From NCBI GenBank assembly GCA_023150215.1, contig JAKLLJ010000001.1, positions 1-46,082 of the forward strand: a stretch of DNA of 46,082 nucleotides. Direction: 5' to 3'. Below, piece by piece: positions 8,690-18,902 of this stretch. Both the position numbers and the translations under genes were made by a program. The stretch comes from Thauera sp. GTDB taxonomy: Bacteria; Pseudomonadota; Gammaproteobacteria; Burkholderiales; Rhodocyclaceae. The notes below the pieces were generated by a model. It saw only the letters and a list, made by a program, of their open reading frames with translations, was not told where the DNA came from and made no database searches. Within the stretch, counting starts at the first letter, position 1, and each line of letters opens with the position of its first letter.

Positions 8690-11001
8690 TGGCAGCGCCC
8701 CTGTCCGTAGTAGCAGTTGGTGGATCGGGTGGCGTTGCCCGACTGGAGCGCGCCCACGTTGGGAAGGGTGGGCACGATGGAGGCGTAGAACTCGGTGAGG
8801 TCCATCGCCGAAAAGTCGAGGGCCTGCAGCTGGTCAATCGTGAAGCCCGAGCAGTCCGGGTTCTCCCCACTGCCCCAGCCCTTGCCGATCTGCATGCGTC
8901 CCTGCTCGTTGACGATTCGCGCGAGCACGCTGTTGAAGCAGCACTTGCCCGTCGTGTGCTCGATGCACGAGACGCAGCTCCCGAAAATGCGGATGCACGA
9001 GGAGCAATAGGTGCCCACGGTGTGGCACAGCCGTGCGCCTTCCTGCATGGCGATGCGGCCCTCGCTTTCGTTGCAGGACATCATCGACATCACGATGTAG
9101 ATGACCACGGCGATGGCGAGCGACCACGGATCGAAGGCGACCACCAGGCTGTCTCCGGCGTAAAGCACCGAAGAGCCCGCAGGCAGCGCCGCGCCATTCA
9201 CGGCGAAGGTGACGCCGTAGGTCGTGAACGTGCCGGAGAAGCCACCGCTCATCAGCAGTGCCTGCATACCCTGGTAAAGGAACTGGCGGTTCTCCGAGTT
9301 CATGAGCACGTCGAAGACCAGGCGCGAGCCGACGCCGAACATGCTTTGGTTGCTCATGCCGGAGCCGGCGGAATCGGACTGGCAGCAGTTCTTCAGCAGG
9401 CGGTCGCGGCACGAGCCGGCCTCGCCGGAGAAGACGCGCAGGTTGTCGGGGTCGAGATAGACGCCCGCCTCGCGCGCCGCTTCCATGAACGACATGGAAC
9501 GCGCGAAATCCGCGTCGTTGGTGTAGGTCGTGTTGAAGCAGGAGCTGCCCAGGCAGAACACGTTCGCAGGGCAGTTCGACACCGAGGTCGTGGTCTGCGC
9601 CGGGGCCGGGCAGGTGTAGGTGTCCTGGTAGACCTCGCAGGCGCCGGTCTCGGCGTTGGTCTGCTTGCAGGTGCTCGCGGCCGGCGTGCACCCGCTGCTG
9701 GCGAGCGCCGCGCATTCGTTCGTTTCCGCGCCCGAGCTGCAGCTCAGCGTGCGCTCGTAGGACCAGCAGGCGCGCGTCACGGTGCGGCCGTCGATGATCT
9801 TGCTGCCCGGGCCATCGACACAGCGATCGGCCGTGGCGACGCTGCAGCGGCCGCCGGCCGGCAGGGTGGCGCTGCGATCCACCCAGGTGTCCGTCTCATG
9901 CTGATCCATGGTCGGCTGACGGAAGGACAGAGGCAGCGTCCATCCCGCGGCGCCGGTCAGCGTGGCCGATCCTCCCGGCATCGCGCAGCGCATGCCGACG
10001 TCGAGGTAGACCGCCGAGCCGCCGGCCGTGCAGCCGTTGTCCGGATCCGGCTGGCTGATGACGAAGCACTCGTCGGCGCCGCCCAGTGTGCCGCCCCCAT
10101 CGCCGAGCGACAAGGTGTTCCCCGGCACGCTGCCGGCGGGGCACGCATAGACGGGCGTGCCGTACTGGAAGGTGTAGGCGCAGTTGCCGTCGATGCACCC
10201 GGAGCCAGGCATCATCACGACCTGGAAGGGGCTCCAGCAGTAGCCCTGCCAGTGCGGCGACAGGTTCGTGACGAACGCGGCCTGCGATGAGGGCGTGGTT
10301 GGCAGGTCGAGCACCTGCCAGCCAATGCATGCGCCCTGGCCGCCCGCGGCGTAGAAGCGGAAGTGCTGCAGGCCATCGGCGCGGATGCGGCACTGCGCTT
10401 CGGCCACCATGTAGTCGGCGCCGTTGCGATTGGCCTGTGCATGCGCGAACCAGGCGCCATCGCTGCAGCTCGGTGTCAGTTCGACCTCGACCGTCAGATC
10501 GCGGCGGGTCGAGTAGTTGCCGATGCCGGTGTAGCGCTGGCAGATCTTGGAGGTGGTGCCCGCCAGCGTCGTGAGATCCGAGGTCGTGCACCCGGAGTAG
10601 TAGCTGGCGAGGCTGCCCAGCACGCTGTTGGGATTGGCGGCGATGCTCCGTGCGGCGGCCACCGAAGGGTCGTAGGCCGAGACCGGCGTCCTCGGCGTGT
10701 TCGCAGAGGTCATGGCGCCGGTTTGCGCCTGGCAACTGGGGTCGTTGGGCGTGGCGGCGCACGCTGCCAGGCGGCTGTTCGCTGCACCGGAGAGGCTGGG
10801 CTGGCCGTAGTAGGCGGACTCAGGCGGCGTGGTCGTGTAGCCGGGCACGACGCTGGTGGCGCTGGTCGAATTGACTGAGGGGCGCGCGGCGGCGTTGGCG
10901 GCCTGGCCGGCTGCAGTGCCTTCTGCACTGGACTGGGCGAGCGCGGAGGTCTGCGTCGAGACGAAGCAGAACAGGGTGAACCAGATGATGAGGCGGCGCA
11001 T
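8686..11001 (-). CDS. traN: Mating-pair stabilisation adhesin TraN
   Basis: Start re-called at MRRLIIW (11001); Cys-rich; C-terminal CHTVGTYCS...CCFNSVLARIVNEQGRMQ...PDCSGFT...LDFSAMDLTEF. Confidence 0.93.
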   Translation of the reverse strand: MRRLIIWFTLFCFVSTQTSALAQSSAEGTAAGQAANAAARPSVNSTSATSVVPGYTTTPPESAYYGQPSLSGAANSRLAACAATPNDPSCQAQTGAMTSANTPRTPVSAYDPSVAAARSIAANPNSVLGSLASYYSGCTTSDLTTLAGTTSKICQRYTGIGNYSTRRDLTVEVELTPSCSDGAWFAHAQANRNGADYMVAEAQCRIRADGLQHFRFYAAGGQGACIGWQVLDLPTTPSSQAAFVTNLSPHWQGYCWSPFQVVMMPGSGCIDGNCAYTFQYGTPVYACPAGSVPGNTLSLGDGGGTLGGADECFVISQPDPDNGCTAGGSAVYLDVGMRCAMPGGSATLTGAAGWTLPLSFRQPTMDQHETDTWVDRSATLPAGGRCSVATADRCVDGPGSKIIDGRTVTRACWSYERTLSCSSGAETNECAALASSGCTPAASTCKQTNAETGACEVYQDTYTCPAPAQTTTSVSNCPANVFCLGSSCFNTTYTNDADFARSMSFMEAAREAGVYLDPDNLRVFSGEAGSCRDRLLKNCCQSDSAGSGMSNQSMFGVGSRLVFDVLMNSENRQFLYQGMQALLMSGGFSGTFTTYGVTFAVNGAALPAGSSVLYAGDSLVVAFDPWSLAIAVVIYIVMSMMSCNESEGRIAMQEGARLCHTVGTYCSSCIRIFGSCVSCIEHTTGKCCFNSVLARIVNEQGRMQIGKGWGSGENPDCSGFTIDQLQALDFSAMDLTEFYASIVPTLPNVGALQSGNATRSTNCYYGQGRCQ

Positions 11002-11012
11002 GGCAATCCTCC

Positions 11013-11747
11013 CTATCGCTTCAGGCGGGCGAGAAACACGCCGGCCTCGCGTTGGAAGGCCGGCGCCGCGCGACGCATGTGTTCGAGCGCGTAGTCCAGG
11101 GTCACGTCGCCCGCCGTGCTGACGAAGTCGGTCGGCGGCGGGCAGGTGCCGCTGGCGCAGGCCTGTGGCTGTTCGCCGTTGCGGGCGAGGACGAAGGCAG
11201 GCACGCGCTTGATCGCGTAGCGGTCGAAGGCCTGCGGATCGATCTGGACCGAGACCTGCCGGGGGCCGATGAGCTTTTGCACCCTGGCCACCGTGTCGCG
11301 TAGCGAGCCGCCAGCCAGACCGCGCAGGACGATGGCGGCGCGGGCCTGCGCTGCTTGATCGACGAGGCGTGTCAGCGTCGCTTCGGGCATGCCCAGGCTG
11401 GCGAAGACGAGCAGACCGGGGCCTGAGCCGATCCCTTCGGCCGGTGGCGGGTCCGCGGCGTAGCCGCCCGCGATCGCCGACAGATCGGGCAGCGCTTGCG
11501 TCAGCGGCTTGGACAAGGCGTCGATGCGTGGCGCGGCGTTCGGCGTCGGAAGCGGCGGCAGAGTCGCGTGTTGCCGCTGTGCGCGGCGGACGTCTTCCTC
11601 GGTGACGGTGGGCGTGTCGCGGCGTGCGCGTTCGATGTCCGCTTCGGTGACCGTCGGTGTGGGCTGGGCCTTTGCGGCCGCGACCCACACGAACGCCGCC
11701 AGAAGTGCGGCCATGGGGGTGCCCAATCCGGAAAGCCGGCGGACCAT
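11013..11747 (-). CDS. trbC: F-type pilin assembly protein TrbC
   Basis: LVFASLGMPEATL, VLRG, VQIDPQAFDRYAIKRVPAFV, GDVTLDYAL; start 11747 or 11714. Confidence 0.9.
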   Translation of the reverse strand: MVRRLSGLGTPMAALLAAFVWVAAAKAQPTPTVTEADIERARRDTPTVTEEDVRRAQRQHATLPPLPTPNAAPRIDALSKPLTQALPDLSAIAGGYAADPPPAEGIGSGPGLLVFASLGMPEATLTRLVDQAAQARAAIVLRGLAGGSLRDTVARVQKLIGPRQVSVQIDPQAFDRYAIKRVPAFVLARNGEQPQACASGTCPPPTDFVSTAGDVTLDYALEHMRRAAPAFQREAGVFLARLKR

Positions 11748-11754
11748 GAGAAGT

Positions 11755-12765
11755 TCAGTAGCCCACACAGCAGTTCCTTTTGCGAAACAGCATGAAAGCG
11801 AAGTCTTCGCCGCGAACCGGGTATTCCTTGCCCGCTCCCCAAGTGATCGTGGTGCGCCCGAAGGGCTGGCAGCAGCGGCCGCCTTCCTTGTCCGTGTTCG
11901 GGATCGGGTAGGTGAGCTGGGTCTTGTAGGCGGTCTTGTCCATGACCGGCAGGAAGTAGGGACCGCACAGCCCAGGCGTGCCATGCCAGCCCCAGGCGAT
12001 CAGCTCGCGGTGCATCTTGGCGGTCAGGCGCTGGGCCAGCAGCGCGGCGGTGCGCACGCCACCCAGGTGGTAGGGCACATGGCCATCCAGCGGATAGATG
12101 CCCCCTTGGCATCCGGCGCACCAGAACATCTCGCGGATGCCGAAACCCACGGTGGCCGCCACGCAGTCTGCAGCGCAGGCCGCCACGGCAACCGGATTGG
12201 CGAACAACACGGCGTCCGGGTTGAGGATCAGCGTGAGTTCATCGTCCGCCCAGAGCGGATCGACCTCGGTCATGTAGGCGAGATCGAAGGAGCCTTTCTC
12301 CAGGCAGGGGAAGTCGGTGACGACCTCCAGCCAGTACATCACCGGGTTGATGTAGAAGTGCGCCTGGTAGAAGCTGCCGCCGTCGCCATCGCCTTCGGGG
12401 CGTGTGAAGCGAGCGGCTTCGGGTGCAGGCAATCCCGGGTCGAGGTCGACGCCGCCGAGAGAGACCAGGCAGAAAGGCTTCCTGACCGCTTCGACGTGCC
12501 GCGCCGGCTCCCAGAATCCGATCGACAAACCGATGGTCGGATTGACGCCGCAACTGCACAGCGGGCTCGAAGGATTGGGAATGTCCTCCTGGCTGCCGAT
12601 GTTGCCGAGCGTCACGCTGCCGATGGACAGGGGCAGGATGCACGACCAGCAGATGTCCGTGATGGGGTTCGGAAAGCGGCCGACGCAGGTGGCCGCGCCG
12701 GCGGCCTGGGTCGGCAGCGCGGCGAGTGCCCCAAGGAGCGCGAGAAGAAGGCGAAGCCACGTCAT
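11755..12765 (-). CDS. traU: TraU
   Basis: NPITDICWSCILPLSIG, GFWEP, YMTEVDPLW, FRKRNCC; start at 12765 overlaps the traW stop. Confidence 0.95.
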   Translation of the reverse strand: MTWLRLLLALLGALAALPTQAAGAATCVGRFPNPITDICWSCILPLSIGSVTLGNIGSQEDIPNPSSPLCSCGVNPTIGLSIGFWEPARHVEAVRKPFCLVSLGGVDLDPGLPAPEAARFTRPEGDGDGGSFYQAHFYINPVMYWLEVVTDFPCLEKGSFDLAYMTEVDPLWADDELTLILNPDAVLFANPVAVAACAADCVAATVGFGIREMFWCAGCQGGIYPLDGHVPYHLGGVRTAALLAQRLTAKMHRELIAWGWHGTPGLCGPYFLPVMDKTAYKTQLTYPIPNTDKEGGRCCQPFGRTTITWGAGKEYPVRGEDFAFMLFRKRNCCVGY

Positions 12766-13406
12766 CGTGTCACCTCCAACTCGTCGATGCGCAGTCGCTT
12801 GCCTTCCTGCGAGACCAGCGCGGGCACCTGCCGGATGCCCAGGCGCCTGGTCAGCATGCCGAGCTGGTCGTAATAGACCGGCAACTGCCAGGCCTGCATC
12901 AGGTCGAGGTAGGAGCCGCCCGTCAGGATCGGTTTCACGTGGCCGTCGTACTGGACGATCAGTCGGCGGGCCTGGGCGACCTGGCGCGGATCGCGGGCAT
13001 CGAAGAACAGCAGGCGCCGAGGCAGCGAGACGATGTCCAGCGGATTGGCGCGGGTGCCTGCCGCGAACATCAAGCGGCCCTGGCTGTCCTGCACGTTGCG
13101 CTCGAGCGTGTAGGTCGGGTCGTAATAGAAGCTGCGCTTGGCCTGCGTCGTGGACAGGCCCGCGACTGGCTCGGGATGGCGCACGGCGTCGATGCCGCGA
13201 TGGCGGGCTTCCTCCTGCAGCCGGCGCAACTCGCCGCTGGCCTCTTTTTGGCGCAGCCGTTGCTCGATGAACTTGAGCAGGTGCGGCTCGGCAATGTCGT
13301 ACGTGGGGCCGATCACGCCGGCGTCGAACGCGCGTGCGGACGACATGGCCAGGAGCAGCGCAGCCCCCGCTGCGCGGGCCGAGAAGCGCACAGTGATGCG
13401 TCTCAT
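12762..13406 (-). CDS. traW: TraW
   Basis: GPTYDIAEP, YYDPTY, NPLD, YYDQLGMLTRRLGIRQVPA. Confidence 0.93.
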   Translation of the reverse strand: MRRITVRFSARAAGAALLLAMSSARAFDAGVIGPTYDIAEPHLLKFIEQRLRQKEASGELRRLQEEARHRGIDAVRHPEPVAGLSTTQAKRSFYYDPTYTLERNVQDSQGRLMFAAGTRANPLDIVSLPRRLLFFDARDPRQVAQARRLIVQYDGHVKPILTGGSYLDLMQAWQLPVYYDQLGMLTRRLGIRQVPALVSQEGKRLRIDELEVTR

Positions 13407-13807
13407 CGCACACCTCCGGCCGGGCAGCGGATCTGGCGCACGAGCTGGGTGCGCGCGGCCAGGTCTTGCTGTTGGGTCGCGCGGATCAAGCCCATCAGCA
13501 CCGGATCGCCGCCTTCGCGGGCCAGGGCGTGGCGCAGCTCGGCGGTGCTCAAGGTGCGGCCGCATTGCAGGCGGTAGGCGCCGAGATAGACCTTGGCGCC
13601 CTCGGCGGCGGCCGGCGCGATCTGCTGCAGCAGCGCCAGGAAGTCGGCCATGGGCATGTCGCCCTCGGCGGTGATGGCGCCGCGGGCCGGGCTGGTCTGG
13701 GCGTGAGCGCTCGAGAAAGCCAGCAGCGCGATGAGCGCCGAGAGCACGGCGATCGCCACGAGCAGCGCGAAGCGGATCAGTCGAGTGGTGCGGGAGCGGT
13801 GGACCAT
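13403..13807 (-). CDS. Hypothetical membrane-anchored/exported protein
   Basis: Start re-called at MVHRSRT; N-terminal hydrophobic helix ending AHA; Cys pair; stop overlaps the traW start. Confidence 0.7.
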   Translation of the reverse strand: MVHRSRTTRLIRFALLVAIAVLSALIALLAFSSAHAQTSPARGAITAEGDMPMADFLALLQQIAPAAAEGAKVYLGAYRLQCGRTLSTAELRHALAREGGDPVLMGLIRATQQQDLAARTQLVRQIRCPAGGVR

Positions 13808-13818
13808 GGCTGCTCCCG

Positions 13819-14457
13819 TCAATAGAGCGGATCGACCACGCCGATCACCTGTTCGGTCTTCACGAGGCCGGACTGGCGGTAGCGGGAATCGAACGAATCG
13901 AGGCTCAGGCCCTGCACGTAGAACCACCCCGGGGGAATGACGCCGGCGGCGATGGGTTCCAGCGGCCGCCGGTCGAAGGCATGGGTCTTGGCGATGCCGA
14001 CCGGCTCGCCGTTGATCCGCACTTCGCGTCCGACCACGGTGATCGTGTCGCCCGGCAGGCCGCGCACGATCTTGAAGAAGGGCTGGCCGGCGAGGCCCGG
14101 GTAGTCGCGTGCGCCGTCACCGGCGAACGCGAAGACGACGAAGTCGCCACGGCGCAGGGCGTGCTGACCGGGATGCAGGAGCGCGACCTTGTAGGGCAGG
14201 CTCGGCGTCCAGTTGAACAGCAACGGCACCCGGGGCGTCGCGTCGAAGAACAGGCGCAGATAGGCCAGCGCCCAGATGGCGAAGACCGGCAGGTAGAGGT
14301 ACCAGCGCCGGCGCATGTGGCGCAGGAAATCCGCTGCGGCATCGCGCAGCCGAGCCATGCCACGCGGGCGTGGCGCGGGCTGATGCAGGTCGAGCTGATG
14401 CAGGTCGGGCTGATGCAGGTCGGGCTGATGCAGTTCGGGAAGGGGCAGGATGGTCAT
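13819..14457 (-). CDS. trhF: Conjugative signal peptidase (S26, TrhF-like)
   Basis: NWTPSLP catalytic Ser, FFKIVRGLPGD Lys, SFDSRY; one TM helix. Confidence 0.88.
   Translation of the reverse strand: MTILPLPELHQPDLHQPDLHQLDLHQPAPRPRGMARLRDAAADFLRHMRRRWYLYLPVFAIWALAYLRLFFDATPRVPLLFNWTPSLPYKVALLHPGQHALRRGDFVVFAFAGDGARDYPGLAGQPFFKIVRGLPGDTITVVGREVRINGEPVGIAKTHAFDRRPLEPIAAGVIPPGWFYVQGLSLDSFDSRYRQSGLVKTEQVIGVVDPLY
14376..14439. repeat. 15-bp tandem repeat x4 (CGGGCTGATGCAGGT), encodes LHQPD repeats
   Basis: Units at 14376, 14391, 14406 and 14421 with at most one mismatch each. Confidence 0.92.
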
Positions 14458-14903
14458 GGCGTCTCCACCTTCTGGCGCAGGCGCGCCGTGAGATCGACCG
14501 TGTAAGGGGAGGGGCCGGCGACGGAGGTCTTGAGGACCACCAGGCAGCCGCACTCGGCGGGCAGGCTTTCCAGTGCCACGGGCAGCCGCTGGGCGAAGGT
14601 GCGGGCCATCTGCAGCGTGGCCTGGCGTTCTTCTTCCGAGCGGGCGGTCGTGAGGCGGCGTGTGAACTCGTCTTCCCGGGCGCGGTACACCTCGGCGAGA
14701 TCGACGACGCCGATGGTTCGTGCGGGTCGGATCACCTGGCGGTCGTAGGCGAGCAGTGCGCCAGCCACGACGATCAGGCTGATCAGCGCATTGGCGATGA
14801 AGAGGGTGCGCGCGGGCACTGGACGCCCCGCGTGTCGCTGCGCGACATCCTCTCCAGGAGCAGCAGAGCCCCTTTCTTCGGGCGGTTGGGCGGACGTGCT
14901 CAT
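14454..14903 (-). CDS. TrbI-like pilus protein
   Basis: Single TM followed by IGVVDL and DLTARL; sits directly after traC as trbI does in F; 4-nt overlaps at both ends. Confidence 0.6.
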   Translation of the reverse strand: MSTSAQPPEERGSAAPGEDVAQRHAGRPVPARTLFIANALISLIVVAGALLAYDRQVIRPARTIGVVDLAEVYRAREDEFTRRLTTARSEEERQATLQMARTFAQRLPVALESLPAECGCLVVLKTSVAGPSPYTVDLTARLRQKVETP

Positions 14904-17446
14904 AGGGCGTGCCCCCGCTGGCGCAGCAACGTGGCGATCGCCTCGTCGATGGAATAGCCCTGGGCGCGCAGTTCGTCGATCGGCGCGTTGTCCTCGAGCT
15001 TGTTCGAGAAGAGCAGGTGGGTTGCCGGGTCGAGGATGTTGCGCGCCACGCCCTCGCCCACGGGCGACGAGATGTAGAGCTCCGAGAAAGCACCGGCTTC
15101 CGTGCGCAGCGAGTTCAGAAGCCGCTTCTTCGGCTCGTCCATCGTGAGCCGGCCCTTGCGGTCCAGCATCTCGATGGACTCGGGCTTTTGCCGCAACAGG
15201 AAGACCCAATCGGAGCAGTTGAACGCCGCTTCCATCTGCGCCGAGCCGTAGTAGTCGTCGGCCGATTGCGTCGCAGTGCCCAGCGCTCCGCCGTACTTGC
15301 GAGCGCGGCGCGCGGCTTCCTCGACCACGGCGGCCTTCACCGGATCGTCGGCGCCGATGTCGCCCAATTGCTGCTTCAACTCGTCAATAAAAAGTACCTT
15401 CCTGCGATTGCGCGTCAGGTACATCTCGCCGGTGATTTGATGCAGCAGCAGGATGTTCACGACCGCGTGCAGGTCGGGGCGGCGCTTCAACTCCTCGTTC
15501 TCAATGACAATGAAATCGTTGCTGAAATCGACGTTGGCGCGGCCCTCGAAGAAGCGTTCGTACTGCCCCCCTTTTGCATAGGGGTTGAGCATGATCGCGA
15601 GATCCTTGATGCGCTGGTCGTTGATCGCGCCGAGTTCTTCGAGCGTGCCGGTGCGAAAGGCATCGCGCAGGCCGGTGATGGTCAGATCCTGGCCGTACTG
15701 GCGCCACAGCTTGAGCACCATCGCAGAGATCGCCTTGTACTGGACCTCCTCCAGCGAGTGCTGCATCGAGGCCATCTTCGAGATGCCCGGCACGAGCATG
15801 TCGATGTCCTCGTTGATGTCCTGGACGATGGAGAAGGGGTTGAGGCAGATGTCCACATCGGGCTTGAACTCGATGTAGGTGCCGCGCGCCTTGCGGCAGA
15901 GCTTCTCGAAGGAGCGACCGAGGTCGAGCATCCAGACCTTGGCCCCGATGGCGCGGTAGGACCACGCCATTTCGTTCATCAGGACCGACTTGCCCGAACC
16001 GGGGGCGCCGATGATGGCGAAGTTGTAGTTGCCCAGGTCGTTGTCGAACAGGTCCAGCGTCATCAACTGCCCGCGCCGGCCGCCGAAGACCAGCGCGGGT
16101 GTGCGCGTGCCGCGCCACTCGGCGATCAGCGGCGCAAGGTGGATGGCGTTGGCCATCGTCTTGCGCGTGACCCGGCGCATCTTGGCCAGATCCTTGTGGA
16201 AGCGCTCGGTCAGGGTCATCGGCAGGCTGGCGAGCAGCGCCTGCCGGTGCATGTACGCATCGGCGTTCAAGGTGAAACCGCGGCCGCGCCAGATCGCGTT
16301 GGCCGCTTCATGGGCCGCGGCAGCCTTCTCCGGCCTGGAGAAGATGGCGAGCTGGTGGTACATGCTGACCAGGTTCCCGCCGGTGTCGATCGCATCGGCA
16401 GCGGCCGTCCAGTCGTCGAGCTTCTTCTTGACGTCCGGCATGACGTCGGCCATCTTCGATTTGGCGTTCTGGGTTGCGCGGACATGGTTCGCCGTCACGA
16501 CCTGCTTGGTCGCGTTTGGGTCGAGGACGTGAACGCCCAGCGTGAGCAGGAACGGTGCGCTGTACTGCAGCGCCGGCTGCATCAGGTCGCCGATCAGCGA
16601 GCCCATCTGCCACAACGCAAAGCGCTCGGGGAAGGACTTGATCGAATAGAAGCGCGCTTCGAGGACTTCGGGACTGGATTCCTTCCAGAAGTTGATGCCG
16701 CTCGGGTGTGGATCCTGGATGGTGTCGAAATCAACGATCTGGTCGCGCAACTCGCGCCCGTCGTCGTAGTTGAGGTCGGGTGCGTCGGTGCTGGACAGCC
16801 GATCCGGGTTGGTGAAGATCGCGCACCAGTTGATCAGGTCGGCCGCGTCGCACACGCGATTGGGCAGCGAGGCCGAGCGCAGCGTGGAGGCCATCGAGTC
16901 GCGCAGCGCCAACAACTCGTCACGCTTGCTCAGGTTCTCCGGGTCGCTCGGCAGCGTCACCGAGAGCATCAGGCGGAAGTCGCGGATCGTGTAGTGAAAG
17001 CCGGCGGTGAGCGACTTCTGGGCGCCGGCCAGCAGGTGGCCGACCCGCTGGCGGGCAAGCGCCCGGAACAGGTTCTCGTTGCGCGCCGGGCGGCCCCAGT
17101 GCTGGGCCTTGTCGAGCTGATCCTCGTCTTCGACGCGCAGGTTGGCGTAGCGGCGAAGCTGCGGCCGGATGTGCGGCGACGCAAACAGATGGACCTGCAC
17201 GCCCGTGCCCGCGGGGCAGTTGGCATAAAGCGAGACGAGCACTTCGGCCATGCGGTCATCGGCGCCCGACTGCGGCATCAGCTCCAACATGAAGCCCATG
17301 CCATCGCGATTGGCGAAGATGCACTCGGCGTCGAGGTAGCCCATGTAGGGCAGCCAGGCAGCGAACTGCTCAGCCGGGCTGTCGGGCGAGACGCCCAGCC
17401 CGAAAGGCAGTTGCAGAGGGCGCCATCCGGCGTGATGGCTTTTCAT
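14900..17446 (-). CDS. traC: VirB4-like ATPase TraC
   Basis: Walker A GAPGSGKS, LDLGRSF, FIDE, RRARKYGG, ATQS; start re-called at MKSHH. Confidence 0.96.
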   Translation of the reverse strand: MKSHHAGWRPLQLPFGLGVSPDSPAEQFAAWLPYMGYLDAECIFANRDGMGFMLELMPQSGADDRMAEVLVSLYANCPAGTGVQVHLFASPHIRPQLRRYANLRVEDEDQLDKAQHWGRPARNENLFRALARQRVGHLLAGAQKSLTAGFHYTIRDFRLMLSVTLPSDPENLSKRDELLALRDSMASTLRSASLPNRVCDAADLINWCAIFTNPDRLSSTDAPDLNYDDGRELRDQIVDFDTIQDPHPSGINFWKESSPEVLEARFYSIKSFPERFALWQMGSLIGDLMQPALQYSAPFLLTLGVHVLDPNATKQVVTANHVRATQNAKSKMADVMPDVKKKLDDWTAAADAIDTGGNLVSMYHQLAIFSRPEKAAAAHEAANAIWRGRGFTLNADAYMHRQALLASLPMTLTERFHKDLAKMRRVTRKTMANAIHLAPLIAEWRGTRTPALVFGGRRGQLMTLDLFDNDLGNYNFAIIGAPGSGKSVLMNEMAWSYRAIGAKVWMLDLGRSFEKLCRKARGTYIEFKPDVDICLNPFSIVQDINEDIDMLVPGISKMASMQHSLEEVQYKAISAMVLKLWRQYGQDLTITGLRDAFRTGTLEELGAINDQRIKDLAIMLNPYAKGGQYERFFEGRANVDFSNDFIVIENEELKRRPDLHAVVNILLLHQITGEMYLTRNRRKVLFIDELKQQLGDIGADDPVKAAVVEEAARRARKYGGALGTATQSADDYYGSAQMEAAFNCSDWVFLLRQKPESIEMLDRKGRLTMDEPKKRLLNSLRTEAGAFSELYISSPVGEGVARNILDPATHLLFSNKLEDNAPIDELRAQGYSIDEAIATLLRQRGHAL

Positions 17447-18048
17447 CGCGGCACCTCCGGGGTGTTGTCTGTTCCCAGTCCGGGCAGCAAGGCCGAGGGC
17501 CGCGCGATGGCGGGCACTGCGTCGCTGCGGGCTGCGTTGTCGTTTGTGGTCGGGGCGCTGCTCGCCGCCGGCGGCGGGCGCAAGGGGGTGTAGGCCTCGC
17601 GGATGCGCTGTTGCACGTGGTCGATCAGCCAGCGGCCCTGGTCGATCTGGACGTAGACGTGGGCCTGGTCGTACAGGTCGCCGTCGATGTCTTCCCAGGG
17701 CTTCACCCACAGGCGCAGGTAGCGGGCCTGCGCGCGCAGCGCCGAACCTTGTTCCTGAGACGAAGATCCACCGGCAGCCGGCAGGCCGTCGCGTGGCACC
17801 GCGGGCGCCGGCACCTGACGTTCAACCGGAGTGGCGCTGCGGGCGGTCTGGCGCTTGCGCAGGCTCGGCAGGTTGTTTGCCACCGCGTTGGCGTAGGTGC
17901 CTGAAACCGAATCGCAGGTCACGCCGTCCGGTGCCTTGCAGGCGTACTTGGAGTCGCCACCCAGCCCCGACATGGACATGCAGCCGCTCAGGGCGAGCAC
18001 GGCGACGAGCGGGAGCAGGCGAGCGCCGATCTGTAGACGCGAGTTCAT
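17443..18048 (-). CDS. traV: Lipoprotein TraV
   Basis: Lipobox [33 protein letters not shown]. Confidence 0.92.
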   Translation of the reverse strand: MNSRLQIGARLLPLVAVLALSGCMSMSGLGGDSKYACKAPDGVTCDSVSGTYANAVANNLPSLRKRQTARSATPVERQVPAPAVPRDGLPAAGGSSSQEQGSALRAQARYLRLWVKPWEDIDGDLYDQAHVYVQIDQGRWLIDHVQQRIREAYTPLRPPPAASSAPTTNDNAARSDAVPAIARPSALLPGLGTDNTPEVPR

Positions 18049-18902
18049 GGCCGGCCCCCCGTCGTTGCCGTTGTCGTGGCGAGGCGTGCCTCGATCGCGG
18101 CGCGGTCGATGAAGCCTTCGGTGCGCTCGCCGTTGGCCCAGATCAGCGTCGGCGTGCCCTGCATGCCGAAGCCGCGGGCGAGCGCGAGGTTGCGCGCGAT
18201 CGGGTGCGCGCAGGGCGCGCCGGTGTGCTGCAGGCTGGCATCGCCCTTGGCCATCCAGTCGCGCCAGGCGGTCTCGCGGTTTGCGGCGCACCAGATGGCG
18301 ATCGGACGGGCTTCGCCCAGGTAGGGGACGAGGAAGGTGTAGATCGTGACGTTGTCGATGCCGGCGAGCTCCGCTTCGAGCTGCTTGCAGTACGGGCAGG
18401 CCGGATCGCTGACGACGGCGAGCTTGCGGGCGCCGGTGCCGCGCACGGTACGGATGGCGTCCTGCAGCGGCAGGCGGTCGAAGGCGATCGGTTGCGGTGC
18501 CGCAGCGGCGGCATTGGCCGGATCCGACTGAGCACGCTGCGCGAGCTTCGGCCCGGTCAGGTCGCGCATCGTTTGCGTGTCGAACAGCCGGCCGAAGACT
18601 AAGTAGCGCGGCTCGCTCGCGAACACGTAGGCGACGTTGCCGTCCATCCATACCTCGTACAGGCCCTTGACCGGCGCCGGTGCGATGTCGGTGAATCGTG
18701 TGCCCGGGTGGGCCTTCTCAAGCGCGCTGCGCAGGCGGGCGCTCTCGTCCGGTGCGGCCTGGGCCTGCGTCGCAAGGCCTGGGGCGACCAGCAGTGCGAG
18801 CAGCGCGCCGGTGACAACGAGGCGCCTGGGCGTGGTTGGGGATACGGGTTGGGATTGGCGCGTGGACGGCGCTGCGTGCCCGCCCTCAGTAGTCGGGATC
18901 AT
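18045..18902 (-). CDS. dsbC: DsbC-family thiol:disulfide isomerase
   Basis: [23 protein letters not shown]; exact start uncertain. Confidence 0.9.
   Translation of the reverse strand: MIPTTEGGHAAPSTRQSQPVSPTTPRRLVVTGALLALLVAPGLATQAQAAPDESARLRSALEKAHPGTRFTDIAPAPVKGLYEVWMDGNVAYVFASEPRYLVFGRLFDTQTMRDLTGPKLAQRAQSDPANAAAAAPQPIAFDRLPLQDAIRTVRGTGARKLAVVSDPACPYCKQLEAELAGIDNVTIYTFLVPYLGEARPIAIWCAANRETAWRDWMAKGDASLQHTGAPCAHPIARNLALARGFGMQGTPTLIWANGERTEGFIDRAAIEARLATTTATTGGRP

Noticed and set aside
14376-14439. Possible CRISPR array
   Set aside because: Tandem 15-mers without spacers, and no cas genes in the window.
14909-17593. 894-aa plus-strand ORF, and similar long ORFs at 4312-6117, 6009-7364, 8566-10290 and 39615-40988
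   Set aside because: Antisense shadows of well-supported genes, expected from high GC3 codon bias; no recognisable motifs.
7446-17710. Long N-terminal extensions in the ORF track for traF, traN, traU, traW, trhF and traC
   Set aside because: They overlap upstream genes and are Arg/Pro-rich noise; internal ATGs with RBS or 4-nt coupling fit better.
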